NCBI GenBank assembly: GCA_902525735.1
Contig: CABZIF010000001.1
Coordinates: 178,036 to 242,035 of the forward strand
Length of the DNA: 64,000 bases
Direction: 5' to 3'
Source: an uncultured SAR86 cluster bacterium
GTDB taxonomy: Bacteria > Pseudomonadota > Gammaproteobacteria > Magnimaribacterales > AG-339-G14
A program made the position numbers and the translations under genes. Below, one piece after another: positions 51,407-62,193 of the stretch. Numbering within the stretch: position 1 is the first letter of the stretch; every line of letters starts with the position of its first letter. The notes below the pieces were generated by a model. That model did not search any database. It was not told the DNA's origin and saw only the letters and a list, made by a program, of their open reading frames with translations.

Positions 51407-52635
51407 TTTTTTGATCCAGTAGGAATCTCGTTGAATGGAACATTTTTATCCACTCTAACATCCTGAGGCATTCCTAAAACTTGTTCAGCTATGATATTTT
51501 TTAGAACTTCATCTGTTCCACCAGCTATTCTAATTAGCGGTGCACCTAGAAGACTGCCTTGAAAAAGGGCAGAAGTGTCATCATCTCTAACAATTGAACC
51601 ACTATCCATTAAGTCCATTCCAAAGTTTGCAATATCTTGTAACTTATTTGCGCTAACTATTTTTGTGATAGATGCTTCCGGACCAGGTGTACTTCCTTGA
51701 GATAAGGCAGAGATATTTCTCATTTTAGTGTATTTCAATCCAGATTGCTCACAATACCAATCAGCGAGTTTTTCTCTTACAGAACCGTTTTTAATTGCTT
51801 GGTCACCGTTGAAATCTTGCTCTTTTGCTAGATCAAAAATTTCTTGAAAATCTACACCTGAGGCATCACCTACAGCTAGTCTTTCGTTCATAAGCGTGGT
51901 TAGAGAAACTTTCCACCCATCACCGACTTCTCCGAGTCTTTGGGAATCAGGAATTTTTACATCTGTAAAATAAACTTCGTTGAAGCCAGATCCACCTGTG
52001 ATTTGTTTGATAGGTCTAATTTCTACTCCAGGAGATTTCATGTCTAAGAAGAAATAAGTTAAACCTTTGTGTTTGGGCGCTGAAAAATCACTTCTAGTAA
52101 CTAAAATTCCATAGTCACTAAATTGCGCACCTGAGGTCCAAACTTTTTGACCATTGATAGTCCAAGTATCCCCATCTAATTCTGCTTTAGTTTTGATACC
52201 AGCCAAATCAGAACCAGCTCCAGGTTCACTAAACAATTGACACCAGACTTCTTCACCTTTAGCCATTGGCGGCAGATATCTTTGTTTTTGTTCCTCAGTT
52301 GCATAAGTCATGAGAACAGGGCCAGCCATTCCTTGTCCTATTTCAAAATATCCACCTGGAACTTTGTATTTAGACATTTCTTGACTCCAAATAACTCTTT
52401 CCATAGGAGAAGCATCTCTTCCGCCGTAATCTTTTGGCCAATGTAGACAAGCCCAACCAGCTTCATATAATTTTTCTTGCCATTTTTTGGCATCTTCTAA
52501 TGCAGATCCATCACCAGGTACACCTGACGCTTTATAAATATCTCTAGCATGTTGTTTCTTTTCAGCGTTTTCGCTCAACCAAGTGTTAACTTCCTCTCTA
52601 AATTGAGCTTCGTCCTTAGTATCGTTAAAATCCAT
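51403..52635 (-). CDS. Acyl-CoA dehydrogenase
   Basis: CQLFSEPGAGSDLA, GQKVWTS, FNEVYF, IAGGTDE. Confidence 0.93.
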   Translation of the reverse strand: MDFNDTKDEAQFREEVNTWLSENAEKKQHARDIYKASGVPGDGSALEDAKKWQEKLYEAGWACLHWPKDYGGRDASPMERVIWSQEMSKYKVPGGYFEIGQGMAGPVLMTYATEEQKQRYLPPMAKGEEVWCQLFSEPGAGSDLAGIKTKAELDGDTWTINGQKVWTSGAQFSDYGILVTRSDFSAPKHKGLTYFFLDMKSPGVEIRPIKQITGGSGFNEVYFTDVKIPDSQRLGEVGDGWKVSLTTLMNERLAVGDASGVDFQEIFDLAKEQDFNGDQAIKNGSVREKLADWYCEQSGLKYTKMRNISALSQGSTPGPEASITKIVSANKLQDIANFGMDLMDSGSIVRDDDTSALFQGSLLGAPLIRIAGGTDEVLKNIIAEQVLGMPQDVRVDKNVPFNEIPTGSKN

Positions 52636-52657
52636 AATAATCTCCTAAAAATGTATT

Positions 52658-53767
52658 TTATGCCGGTGAATTGCTTTTTTCCAGCGATGTAATTAATTTA
52701 TCTTTCCATATTCCTTGACTGCCTATATTGCTTGAAAGAAGCCTTGCTCTCCTGTAATAAAGATGACAGTCAAATTCCCAGGTGGCTCCCATACCACCAT
52801 GAGTTTGAATATTTTCTTTGGAACACTCGTAAAAAGCCTTTGTAGCACTTACTCTTGCAGTTGCAGCTGCTGTAGGAAGTTCAGAAGAATCATTACTTAG
52901 AGCCCAAGCACCGTAGTAACAGTTTGATCTCGCGAGTTGAAGAGACACATACATATCAGCTACTTTATGTTTTATTGCTTGAAAAGATGCTATAGCTCTT
53001 CCAAAAGCATATCGACCCATCGCATATTCTTTAGCCATATTCATTGCTGCTTCTGCACCACCGACTTGTTCAAATGCAAAAAGAACCGCTGATTGATCAA
53101 GTAATTTTTCTATTGATGTCCAAGCATCATCTTGCAGTAAAACTGCTTCAGCATTTTCAAAAGTTACGTTTGCATGAGATCTAGATGGATCAAAAGTATC
53201 TAAAGTTTCAATGGTTACCTTATCGTTTTTTAAGTTAACTAAATAAAGCCCTACATTTTTTCCGCTTGTTGCAGATACTATTGCAAAGTCGGCAATATCG
53301 CCGTCAGGAACCGCAATTTTTTGACCAGAAATTTTATTGCCATTAGCAGATACAGTTATGCCTGATTCGTCTGGAAAAGATGTTTTTTCTGAATGTGCAA
53401 AAGTACCAATAATTTCTCCACCAGCTAATTTAGGCAGATATTCTTTTTTTAAATCTTCGTTTGATGAATTTAAAATAGCAGTAGTAGCTAGATATACACT
53501 TGAAGAAAAGGGGACTGGTGCAATACCTCGACCTAATTCTTCAGCAATAACACACAATTCTAAAAAACCCATTCCAATTCCACCATATTCTTCAGGAATG
53601 GTAGTGGCAGTTAAACCCATAGCCACAAGAGACTTCCAAAGTTCTTCATCAAACTTTTCTTCACCCTCCAAAATTGTTCTATTTCTTTTAACAGAATTTT
53701 CTTTATCAAGAAGTTTTTTTACTTCCTCTTGCATTAATATTTGTTCATTTGAAAAACTAAAATTCAT
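52658..53767 (-). CDS. Acyl-CoA dehydrogenase (short partner subunit)
   Basis: FGRAIASFQAIKH and QTHGGMG. Confidence 0.9.
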   Translation of the reverse strand: MNFSFSNEQILMQEEVKKLLDKENSVKRNRTILEGEEKFDEELWKSLVAMGLTATTIPEEYGGIGMGFLELCVIAEELGRGIAPVPFSSSVYLATTAILNSSNEDLKKEYLPKLAGGEIIGTFAHSEKTSFPDESGITVSANGNKISGQKIAVPDGDIADFAIVSATSGKNVGLYLVNLKNDKVTIETLDTFDPSRSHANVTFENAEAVLLQDDAWTSIEKLLDQSAVLFAFEQVGGAEAAMNMAKEYAMGRYAFGRAIASFQAIKHKVADMYVSLQLARSNCYYGAWALSNDSSELPTAAATARVSATKAFYECSKENIQTHGGMGATWEFDCHLYYRRARLLSSNIGSQGIWKDKLITSLEKSNSPA

Positions 53768-53843
53768 CTTTTCTCCCTTTTTATAAGATTTTCACCTTAC
53801 TTAACTAGTTACAACCAATCAAAGAAAATTTAAAATGTCTTAA

Positions 53844-54494
53844 TTGGCAGATAAATTTACAATGAATCAAGACGAATTAAAAGATAAAAAGTCTGACAGA
53901 AGTCTCTCCACTAGAAAAATATTAGTATCTAGTCAGGTACCACCTAGTCAGTTCTTTTTTTATTTGGTTGTAGCAGTTATCGTTTTGGCAACTTTCTCTT
54001 GGACTTATTTCGGTATTTCATCTCAACAGGATAACTTGGTTAAGATAAACAATAGATTGATAACCCTCGAAGAAAATGTTCAATCTACTTCTGATTCATC
54101 TGAAGAGAATATTGAAACTTTATTAGCAGATTTAAAAATAATAAATAGAGAAATAAGAAAGCTCTGGGATTTAAGCAATAAAAGAAATAAAAAAAATATT
54201 TCAATTCTCACAGAACAAAACAAGGTGATTAGCGATGAAATATTTGAAGTACAAAATAGTTCGGCATCAAATACCAAAACTTTAGAAGAAATTGACTCTT
54301 CGTTAAAAAATATAAAAACCAGACTAGCAAAACTATCTTCCTTTGAATTAAATAGCAGTGGTTATTCTGAGAGATTGGCCGAGTTAGAAGAAGCAATGCT
54401 ATCGATCGATGCTTATAGAAAACAAACTAATCAATCAATTTCCGAGATAAAAAAAGAATTAAGTGCAGATCCTGTCTTGATCGAGGCGCAATAA
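53844..54494 (+). CDS. Hypothetical membrane-anchored coiled-coil protein
   Basis: One TM followed by a long heptad-rich region with EIRKLW. Confidence 0.7.
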   Translation: MADKFTMNQDELKDKKSDRSLSTRKILVSSQVPPSQFFFYLVVAVIVLATFSWTYFGISSQQDNLVKINNRLITLEENVQSTSDSSEENIETLLADLKIINREIRKLWDLSNKRNKKNISILTEQNKVISDEIFEVQNSSASNTKTLEEIDSSLKNIKTRLAKLSSFELNSSGYSERLAELEEAMLSIDAYRKQTNQSISEIKKELSADPVLIEAQ

Positions 54495-54520
54495 TGTTTA
54501 AACTTGTCGAATCTTCAAAT

Positions 54521-54605
54521 GCGCATATGGTGGAATTGGTAGACACGCTGGTTTTAGGTACCAGTGCCGCAAGGTGTGGGGGTTCGACTCCCTCTATGCG
54601 CACCA
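54521..54605 (+). tRNA. tRNA-Leu(TAG)
   Basis: GCGCATATGGTGGAATTGGTAGACACG-CTGGT-TTTAGGT-ACCAG, variable arm, GGTTCGACTCC...GCGCACCA. Confidence 0.97.
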
Positions 54606-54620
54606 AGAATATATCTATAA

Positions 54621-55322
54621 ATGCCTAAAGACAGACACATCATTGCCATTGGCGGCGGGGGATTTGGGCGGAATCCGGGTGAAGGCATTATTGAAGAATA
54701 CATTCTCAAGCAGACCAAAAAAAAGAAACCAAACATTTGTTTTATTCCAACAGCGACTGGCGATAATGAAGCTTACAAAGTTAATTACTATGCAACCTTT
54801 TCCAAACTCAATTGTAATCCCTCGCACTTGGATTTTTTTAAAAGAACTCCAGATCTAAAAAAACTAATTTTTTCTCAAGATGCTATCTTCGTGGGTGGCG
54901 GCAATACAAAAAGTATGTTGGCTGTCTGGAATGAATGGGGTTTAGATAAGATTCTTAAAAAAGCTTACAAAGATGGAATCGTCATGAGCGGTGTAAGCGC
55001 CGGCGCTATTTGTTGGTTTAAAAACGGCATTACAGATTCTTGGGATTCAAATTTAAAAGTAATGCCTTGTATGAATATTATTAAAGGAACTTGTTGCCCA
55101 CATTATGATGAAGAGCCAGAAAGAAAGCCTACAGTTAAAAAATTAATTGTTTCAAAGAAGTTAAAGAATGTTTACGCCGTTGACGGTGGAGCAGCTTTGC
55201 ACATTAAAAATGAAAAACAATTTAAATCTGTAGTTTTTAAAAAGGACAAAAGCTCTTATGAAGTTAGTTTAGATAAAGAAAACTTTGTCGAAACAAACTT
55301 TAAGAAAATTTCTTTAATTTAA
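54621..55322 (+). CDS. Peptidase E (S51) family protein
   Basis: FIPTA, VGGGNT, GVSAGA, PHY. Confidence 0.88.
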   Translation: MPKDRHIIAIGGGGFGRNPGEGIIEEYILKQTKKKKPNICFIPTATGDNEAYKVNYYATFSKLNCNPSHLDFFKRTPDLKKLIFSQDAIFVGGGNTKSMLAVWNEWGLDKILKKAYKDGIVMSGVSAGAICWFKNGITDSWDSNLKVMPCMNIIKGTCCPHYDEEPERKPTVKKLIVSKKLKNVYAVDGGAALHIKNEKQFKSVVFKKDKSSYEVSLDKENFVETNFKKISLI

Positions 55323-55354
55323 TCGAATCCAATAATTCAAAACCCTTGATATCG

Positions 55355-55459
55355 TTAACACGTCAACAAATCAACATGATTCGACCACTTACAAGCTAAC
55401 TCTCTTTTCTCATCTTGATAGTCATAGAAGGCATAATTTGCCGAAGCAATTTTGATCAT
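55355..55459 (-). pseudogene. Possible C-terminal remnant of a tyrosine integrase (34 codons)
   Basis: MIKIASANYAFYDYQDEKRELACKWSNHVDLLTC resembles the Y-x-x-Y-D-Y-x-D-E-K-R...W tail of P4-like integrases; close to tRNA-Leu. Confidence 0.5.
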
Positions 55460-55460
55460 T

Positions 55461-56225
55461 TTACTTTAAATGCTCTACCAGAAGGGTAGGTATCTTAATT
55501 TCATCGAATTTGACGGTCGCAACCAAAGTATCTTTTTTTCTTCCATCTTTAACATCGCTTACGTTGAAACCATTTTCGACAAGATATTCTCTTTTTTTTC
55601 TAATATCTTTTGTTTTCCAAGCTAGACCCCAAAATTGATCGTTGCCCTCAACTTTATTGTCAATAACTTCAATAGTTGCCTGACCAGTTCTGAAAAAAAG
55701 CATTCGACCTCCCCATTTTTCAACAAATTGATCTAACGCAAGTCTAATGCCTAGTTCTTTTTCATATAGGTTAATCAAAGCATCGCTTTTATTAGTTGTC
55801 AGAACTAGATGATCAAGGGCAAATAAATTATTTTCGTTTGATAGATTCATATCAAAATCTTCATATTCATTCACAGAAAGTTGGAAGTCTGGCGACTGTT
55901 TTATATCCATGCATTTAACTAATTGAGCTTTACTATCAGATTCTTCATTAATTTCATTTTCATCATATGCAGTAGAGATATTCAGACGAGTTATATCATC
56001 GGATAATAAAGAAAAACCATACAATTTATCTTCTTTAAACGAGCCATCATTTTTTTTAATAATTTCAAAATGCATGTTTTCGAAGCCATAAAGCATTGAT
56101 TCATAGTTTCGATCCTTTGAAATTACTTTCTTCAAGGGCTTTGCATCAAAAAAAGCTGAAAAAGTTTTCTCGGCTTCCTCTAGTGAACTCGTAAGATAAG
56201 AGATTCTATCTAGGGACTTAATCAT
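55461..56225 (-). CDS. VOC/glyoxalase family protein
   Basis: Two-domain layout, LDHLV, IEVI, FWGLAW...GRK. Confidence 0.8.
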   Translation of the reverse strand: MIKSLDRISYLTSSLEEAEKTFSAFFDAKPLKKVISKDRNYESMLYGFENMHFEIIKKNDGSFKEDKLYGFSLLSDDITRLNISTAYDENEINEESDSKAQLVKCMDIKQSPDFQLSVNEYEDFDMNLSNENNLFALDHLVLTTNKSDALINLYEKELGIRLALDQFVEKWGGRMLFFRTGQATIEVIDNKVEGNDQFWGLAWKTKDIRKKREYLVENGFNVSDVKDGRKKDTLVATVKFDEIKIPTLLVEHLK

Positions 56226-56325
56226 TTAAATATTCCAATTCATTAAAATGTAATATTTATCTTACTAAAAGTTCATGAAAGATGTAGAATTTTGATACTA
56301 AACAACAGGTACAAAGGAGAAAACA

Positions 56326-57588
56326 ATGGATTTTGAACATTCAGCAAAAACGAAAGAACTCTTAGGAAAAATACAACAATTTATGGACGATCACCTTTAT
56401 GAAGGTGAAAAAACTTATCACCAACAGCACGAAGAAATGAGTGCAAACGGAAAAAGATGGGAACAACCTCCAATTTTAGACGAACTCAAAGCCAAAGCTA
56501 GAAAAGCAGGTCTTTGGAACTTATTTTTACCAGAATCTGAATATGGCTATGGTTTGACTAATCTTGAATACGCTCCTTTATCAGAATTAATGGGCACAGT
56601 AGGAATTGCATCAGAAGTCTTCAATTGCTCAGCTCCAGATACAGGAAATATGGAAGTAATAGATAAATATGGAACAGATGAGCAAAAAAGAGAATGGCTA
56701 GAGCCATTACTAGCAGGCGAAATAAGATCTGCTTTTGGTATGACTGAACCAAATGTTGCTTCATCCGATGCAACTAACATTGGTAGCTCTATTGTTGAAG
56801 ATGGCGATGAATACGTTATCAATGGAGAGAAATGGTGGACTTCCGGAGCAGGTGACCCCAGATGCAAAATTATTATCTTTATGGGTGTATCTAATCCAGA
56901 TAATCCTAAACACCAAAGACAATCTCAGATTTTAGTGCCAATGGATACTCCAGGTGTTGAAATATTGAGAATGATGCAAGTATTTGGAAACGATGATGCT
57001 CCTCACGGGCATGCGCACATGAAATTTACCGATGTGAGAGTACCAAAATCTAATATGATTCTTGGCGAGGGAAGAGGTTTTGAAATTGCTCAAGGGCGAT
57101 TAGGTCCAGGACGAATTCATCACTGTATGAGAACAATTGGTGTTGCTGAAAGAGCTTTAGACCTTTTGTGTAAAAGATCATTAGACAGAATCGCGTTTGG
57201 TAAACCTTTAGCAGAGCTAGGTGGAAACTATGACATCATTGCTGATTGCAGAACTGAAATAGAAATGTGCAGACTGTTGACTTATCGTGCTGCTGATCGT
57301 ATGGATAAATTGGGTAACAAAATTGCTAAGTCTGATATTGCACAAATCAAAGTTGCGGTTCCAAAAATGGCACTGGCAGTAATCGATAAGGCTATTCAAA
57401 TTCATGGTGGTGGAGGAGTTTCTCAAGACACTCCATTGGCTAGAATGTATGCAGGAATGAGAACTTTGAGACTGGCCGATGGACCAGACGAAGTTCACCG
57501 TAGAACTATTGCAAGAATTGAACTTAGTAAGCACCAAGCAGCTAGAGTTACTAATATTGAGGAAAAAGCTACCGCAGCAAAAGCTTAA
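56326..57588 (+). CDS. Acyl-CoA dehydrogenase (ACAD10/11-like)
   Basis: [42 protein letters not shown]; SD AGGAG. Confidence 0.94.
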   Translation: MDFEHSAKTKELLGKIQQFMDDHLYEGEKTYHQQHEEMSANGKRWEQPPILDELKAKARKAGLWNLFLPESEYGYGLTNLEYAPLSELMGTVGIASEVFNCSAPDTGNMEVIDKYGTDEQKREWLEPLLAGEIRSAFGMTEPNVASSDATNIGSSIVEDGDEYVINGEKWWTSGAGDPRCKIIIFMGVSNPDNPKHQRQSQILVPMDTPGVEILRMMQVFGNDDAPHGHAHMKFTDVRVPKSNMILGEGRGFEIAQGRLGPGRIHHCMRTIGVAERALDLLCKRSLDRIAFGKPLAELGGNYDIIADCRTEIEMCRLLTYRAADRMDKLGNKIAKSDIAQIKVAVPKMALAVIDKAIQIHGGGGVSQDTPLARMYAGMRTLRLADGPDEVHRRTIARIELSKHQAARVTNIEEKATAAKA

Positions 57589-57602
57589 CAATAGTTTTCT
57601 AA

Positions 57603-58610
57603 ATGTCTCAAGATCTTACTGAAGGATTTGTTTGTTCAAATCTTTCAGATGATCTTAGCGGCTTATCTTTTAAGGAAATTAAACTTTCCGAGATGTCTGA
57701 AAGTTTTGTAAAAATAAATATCAAAGCTGCTTCTTTAAATTTTCCTGATCTTTTAATGAGTCAGGGAAAGTACCAAAACAAACCAGAATTACCTTTTGCT
57801 TTGGGCATGGAAGGCTCTGGAGTTATTTCCGAAATAGGTTCAAAAGTAGAAACTTACAAAATTGGTGATGAAGTAATGTTCGGCGGTTGGGGGCATGGCG
57901 CCATAGCAAAATCCATCGTCGTTGCAGAGTCGATGATTTCACCAAAACCTGAAGCATATTCTTTTGAAGAAGCTGCTGCATTTAAAACAGCTTATCTAAC
58001 GGCTTATGTAGGCTTAATAAGAAGAGGACAGCTTCAAAGAGGTGAAACTTTATTAGTGCATGGCGCTTCTGGAGGAGTCGGGATGGCAGCTGTTCAACTA
58101 GGAAAGTTATATGGCGCAAAGGTTATTGCTACAGGCACATCCGATGAGAAATTAGAAATAGTTAAAAGTTGGGGAGCAGATGAAGTGCTCAATATTTATG
58201 AAAATGAAAAAGTTAATTTCAAAGACAGAGTCAAAGATCTTACAAACGGTATGGGCGCTGATGTCATTTATGATCCCGTAGGCGGAGAAGTTTTTGATCA
58301 GTCAATTAGATGTATAAATTGGGGTGGTAGATTATTAATAATAGGGTTTGCTGGGGGAACAATTCCGACATTACCTGTTAATTATCCTTTGATCAAAGGA
58401 TTTTCAGTCGTTGGTGTTAGAGCTGGTGAGTTCGGAAGAAGGGCGCCAATTCTTGGAAAAGAAAATATAGATATTATTAATTCTTTGGCAGATGACAATA
58501 AGATAAGACCACACATCTGCAAGGTTTTTGATTACAAAGAGTCTAAAGAGGCCTTAGAGTATTTGGAAAATAGAAAATTAATTGGGAAAGTAGTAATTTC
58601 TATTAACTAG
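57603..58610 (+). CDS. NADPH:quinone oxidoreductase family (MDR)
   Basis: LNFPD, GASGGVG, YDPVGG. Confidence 0.9.
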   Translation: MSQDLTEGFVCSNLSDDLSGLSFKEIKLSEMSESFVKINIKAASLNFPDLLMSQGKYQNKPELPFALGMEGSGVISEIGSKVETYKIGDEVMFGGWGHGAIAKSIVVAESMISPKPEAYSFEEAAAFKTAYLTAYVGLIRRGQLQRGETLLVHGASGGVGMAAVQLGKLYGAKVIATGTSDEKLEIVKSWGADEVLNIYENEKVNFKDRVKDLTNGMGADVIYDPVGGEVFDQSIRCINWGGRLLIIGFAGGTIPTLPVNYPLIKGFSVVGVRAGEFGRRAPILGKENIDIINSLADDNKIRPHICKVFDYKESKEALEYLENRKLIGKVVISIN

Positions 58611-58734
58611 CTTTTTTATTTCTTCTGCATTTTTCTGAACAGTAAATGACATTTTCCCAATCCCTTTCCCATTTTTTTCGCCAACTAAATGGTTTATTAC
58701 AAACTTTACAAATCTTAGTTTCTTTGTTTTTCAT
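58603..58734 (-). CDS. DUF2256 family small Cys-rich protein (not in ORF track)
   Basis: [43 protein letters not shown]; ATGA overlap with the photolyase stop. Confidence 0.88.
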   Translation of the reverse strand: MKNKETKICKVCNKPFSWRKKWERDWENVIYCSEKCRRNKKAS

Positions 58735-60224
58735 TTTGCTGTGTACAAATTTATAAAATTATCAGCTTCATTAAAAATCATTTCTTTTCGCTCTGGTTTC
58801 ATTCTATCCAATGATCTTGGCAAAATAGATAGCCTTGGATTCGATGCAAAAAAATCTCTGTTATCATTCATAAACTGCCAATACAAACCATCAACTACAT
58901 CGCACCAAGGACCTTTTTTGTAATTGCTCATTTTTAACAAATAATTAGAGCCACATGAATAAGGTTTGGTAGCAAAGATTCCACCATCGGCAAAAGTACC
59001 CATACCAAACACATTAGGAACCATCACCCATTCAGAAGAGTCGATAAACATTTCCATAAACCACTTATATATTTCTTCTGGATGAATACGAGATAAAGTC
59101 ATTAGATTGCTAATAATCATTAGTCTTGGGATGTGATGTGTATAGCCATAAGCTAGACAATCTTTTATCGCTTTATCAAGAGGAGGAATACCAGTTTCAC
59201 CCGTATACCAGGCCTCAGTTAATTTATTTTGATGATTAAAAAAATTTGATTCTCTTTCTTCTTTACCTTTCAAATAATATGTCCCCCTAATAAATTCTCT
59301 CCAACCTATTACTTGTCTAATAAAACCCTCTAGTGAATTTAAAGGAACATCATTTTTTTTAGAGTAGTTCAATACTTCATTGATTATTTCTTTCGGAGTC
59401 AATAAGCCGATGTTAAGTAAAGGACTTAAAGCACTATGAAATATAAAATTATGTTCTGAATCTACTGCGTCTTCGTAATCTCCGAATAGAGAAAATCTAT
59501 TTTCTAGAAAATTCTTTAACCATTTTAAAGAATCTGACCTATTTGTTGGAAACCAAACATTCTTTATCTCACCTGGATGATCACTAAACTTTTTTTCAAT
59601 TATTATCGATAAATCTGAAACATGTTCTGAAGTTTTTAACTTTGGAAGATCAGGGATTTCAATGCCTTTGGGTAGTTTTTTTCTATTTTCAGCATCAAAA
59701 GACCATTTGCCGCCTTGTGGTTTTTCACCATCCATTAACAAATCAAGTTTTTTTCTCATCATTTGGTAAAAACTAACCATACGTAGATTTTTATTACCAA
59801 AAAAATCTTTGAATTCATCCCTGCCACAGAGAAACATTGGCGATTTAAATTCTTGAATATCTATCTTTTCATCTTCGATGAAATCTATAAATTTTGTTTG
59901 AAATTCATCATCTTCAATTTCAAAGTATGCAAGATTAGATACTTTGTTTTCTTTGATTTCTTTTTTTAGCACTTTCAGATATTCCAATTCAAAAGATTTA
60001 TCACTTATTGAGTGATAAATAACCTCATACCCATTCTTCAACAAGAGGTCTCTGTAGTGCCTCATGGCTGAAAGAAAAAAAAGGATCTTTAGTTTATGGT
60101 GTTTGTAGTTGGTGCAAAGACCAAGGTCTTCTTTCATGAAGACTTTCTTTATCTTAGTTTTCTTTATTTCTTCTATAGGAAATAATTGGTTGCCAAGAAT
60201 TATCAGTAAGCTATGATCTGCCAT
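58731..60224 (-). CDS. Cryptochrome/photolyase family protein, PhrB-like bacterial (6-4) photolyase
   Basis: [47 protein letters not shown]. Start set at ATG 60224 (MADHSL). Confidence 0.9.
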   Translation of the reverse strand: MADHSLLIILGNQLFPIEEIKKTKIKKVFMKEDLGLCTNYKHHKLKILFFLSAMRHYRDLLLKNGYEVIYHSISDKSFELEYLKVLKKEIKENKVSNLAYFEIEDDEFQTKFIDFIEDEKIDIQEFKSPMFLCGRDEFKDFFGNKNLRMVSFYQMMRKKLDLLMDGEKPQGGKWSFDAENRKKLPKGIEIPDLPKLKTSEHVSDLSIIIEKKFSDHPGEIKNVWFPTNRSDSLKWLKNFLENRFSLFGDYEDAVDSEHNFIFHSALSPLLNIGLLTPKEIINEVLNYSKKNDVPLNSLEGFIRQVIGWREFIRGTYYLKGKEERESNFFNHQNKLTEAWYTGETGIPPLDKAIKDCLAYGYTHHIPRLMIISNLMTLSRIHPEEIYKWFMEMFIDSSEWVMVPNVFGMGTFADGGIFATKPYSCGSNYLLKMSNYKKGPWCDVVDGLYWQFMNDNRDFFASNPRLSILPRSLDRMKPERKEMIFNEADNFINLYTAK

Positions 60225-60254
60225 TATTTTTTTAATTAAATATTTGTTCATCAT

Positions 60255-60734
60255 ATGAAAAATAAGTTTCCATATAAAGGCAATATAGTAACTGTGACTA
60301 AGGATATGTGTGATATGAATGGTCATATGAACGTATCCTACTATTCCAAAGTTTTTGATGAGGGTGGTTTTGAATTATATAAGGATCTTGGATTTTCTTG
60401 GGACAATGAGACTATCAGATCTGAATTTTCTACTTTCACTCTCGAAGAAAATATTAGATATCTTAAAGAAAATTTATTGGGGGAAAAAATAATTCCTTGC
60501 TATCGAATTGTTAATGTAAACAGAAAATTAATTCATCAAGCTGCTGTCCTTCTCAACGAAAAAGAGGAAGTTTCAGCTATTTCAGAAGTCTTATTGATCC
60601 ACATTGATATGGTCAAAAGAAAATCTACACCTTTTTCAGATGATTCTTTTGAACGAATAAAAGGCTTAAAAGAAGCTCATGACAAATTAGGCGACTTAGG
60701 TATTGATTACAGGTTAAAGATTAAGAACCCTTAA
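60255..60734 (+). CDS. Thioesterase (hotdog fold)
   Basis: DMNGHMNVSYY motif. Confidence 0.85.
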   Translation: MKNKFPYKGNIVTVTKDMCDMNGHMNVSYYSKVFDEGGFELYKDLGFSWDNETIRSEFSTFTLEENIRYLKENLLGEKIIPCYRIVNVNRKLIHQAAVLLNEKEEVSAISEVLLIHIDMVKRKSTPFSDDSFERIKGLKEAHDKLGDLGIDYRLKIKNP

Positions 60735-61482
60735 AATTTGGCTCTTTTCTCTGTAATGAAGCTTTAATTCCTTCTTTAAAATCATCAGTCTCTCTAAGTC
60801 TGTTTTGTTCAGACAGCTCCCATTTAATAATTTCTGCAATTTGATCAGCAATACCCTCATTAACGGTAAATCTTATAGCTTGAACTCCTAGGGGGCCGGC
60901 TGAGTTAATTTCATCAGCGAGCTCTTTAGCTTTTTGCAATAAACTTTCTTTATCAACCAAATAATCCGCTAATCCAATTTTGTAAGCTTCTTCTCCATTT
61001 AATCTCGCACTAGTAAGCAACATCCATTTTGCTTTTTGTTCGCCAACTACCCTTGGCAAGGTAATTGATGTCCCAAATCCTTGATGAAACCCTAGTTTAG
61101 AAAAATTAGCACTAAATCTAGCTTCCGGACATGCTATTCGAAAATCAGCAGCCAAGGAAACCCCAAGACCACCACCAACAGCAGCACCCTGAATTGCAGC
61201 AATTATAGGTTTCTTTGTTCTGAATAATCTTACAGCCTGTTCATACAAACTAGCGTAAGCATCAGATTCTTCTTTAAAACTTGATCGAGTGAAATCAGCA
61301 CCAGCACAAAAATGTTTTCCTTCAGAATGTAAAATTATAGATCGACATTCTACATTGTCGTCTTGTTCTTCAAGAAAATTAGCAATCTGAGATATTAGCT
61401 CAGAATCAAAATGATTATTAGGCGGACGATTTATTTTTATAAATGCTGTATGTCCTTCAACTGATGTTACTAAATCTTCCAT
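60721..61482 (-). CDS. Enoyl-CoA hydratase/isomerase
   Basis: FCAGADF, GAAVGGG, ADFRIA. Confidence 0.92.
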   Translation of the reverse strand: MEDLVTSVEGHTAFIKINRPPNNHFDSELISQIANFLEEQDDNVECRSIILHSEGKHFCAGADFTRSSFKEESDAYASLYEQAVRLFRTKKPIIAAIQGAAVGGGLGVSLAADFRIACPEARFSANFSKLGFHQGFGTSITLPRVVGEQKAKWMLLTSARLNGEEAYKIGLADYLVDKESLLQKAKELADEINSAGPLGVQAIRFTVNEGIADQIAEIIKWELSEQNRLRETDDFKEGIKASLQRKEPNFKGS

Positions 61483-61568
61483 AAATATATCGATTTTAAG
61501 TTCTTAAAATGAAATACAATACTCTAAAAAATAGTTAATGAGCAAGATTAAAAGAAATTTTCTAGTTT

Positions 61569-61778
61569 ATGAATTTAATCAATAGAGTACTTAACAAGAT
61601 AGATGTAACACTTTTTGTTATTTATGGATTTATGGGCATTGGAAGTGTTTATTTGGGAGCTTTCATTAGAAGCCAAATAGATATGGATTTTTGGTCAGAG
61701 ATTTTTATCTGTATCTTGGTTATTTCACCTATTTATTTTTTAGTAAGATTGGCTAAGAAAAAATATATGCCTAAGTAA
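61569..61778 (+). CDS. Small hypothetical two-TM protein
   Basis: 69 aa with two hydrophobic stretches; fills the gap before the rhodanese gene. Confidence 0.6.
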   Translation: MNLINRVLNKIDVTLFVIYGFMGIGSVYLGAFIRSQIDMDFWSEIFICILVISPIYFLVRLAKKKYMPK

Positions 61779-61779
61779 G

Positions 61780-62145
61780 ATGAAAACATTTATAGAAATA
61801 CTAAATGAAGCTGCAAAAGAAGTTAATGAGATTGATATTTTTCAATTAAAAAAACTTCTCGATGAAGATTATCAATTTAAATTGATAGATATTAGAGAAG
61901 ATAATGAGCTTTTAAATGGCAAAATTAATTCTGCACAACATATTGGTAGAGGAGTATTGGAAAAAAATATAGAAGCTAATGTCCCTAATAGAGAAGAAGA
62001 AATAATTTTATATTGCGCAGGAGGAGTGAGATCAGTACTAGGATGTAAATCGTTGCAAGATATGGGATATAAGAAAGTCTATTCATTAAGGGGAGGCGTT
62101 GGAGAATGGATAAATGCCGATTTTCCGCTAGCCCCTAATGATTAA
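61780..62145 (+). CDS. Rhodanese-like sulfurtransferase
   Basis: IDIRE, YCAGGVRS, LRGG..W. Confidence 0.9.
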   Translation: MKTFIEILNEAAKEVNEIDIFQLKKLLDEDYQFKLIDIREDNELLNGKINSAQHIGRGVLEKNIEANVPNREEEIILYCAGGVRSVLGCKSLQDMGYKKVYSLRGGVGEWINADFPLAPND

Positions 62146-62193
62146 GTTGTATGAAAAACTGAAGACTTTAGTCTTTTTGTATTAAAATAAGAT

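Noticed and set aside
54554-54858. ORFs 54554..54736, 54574..54858 and 54615..54827
   Set aside because: They overlap tRNA-Leu and peptidase E in other frames; no coding signal.
60225-60326. Upstream extension of the photolyase ORF
   Set aside because: Overlaps the divergent thioesterase; family similarity starts at MADHSL (60224).
62162-62175. Palindrome AAGACT-TT-AGTCTT before the monooxygenase gene
   Set aside because: Short and AT-rich; could be a weak terminator or operator but cannot be told from chance.
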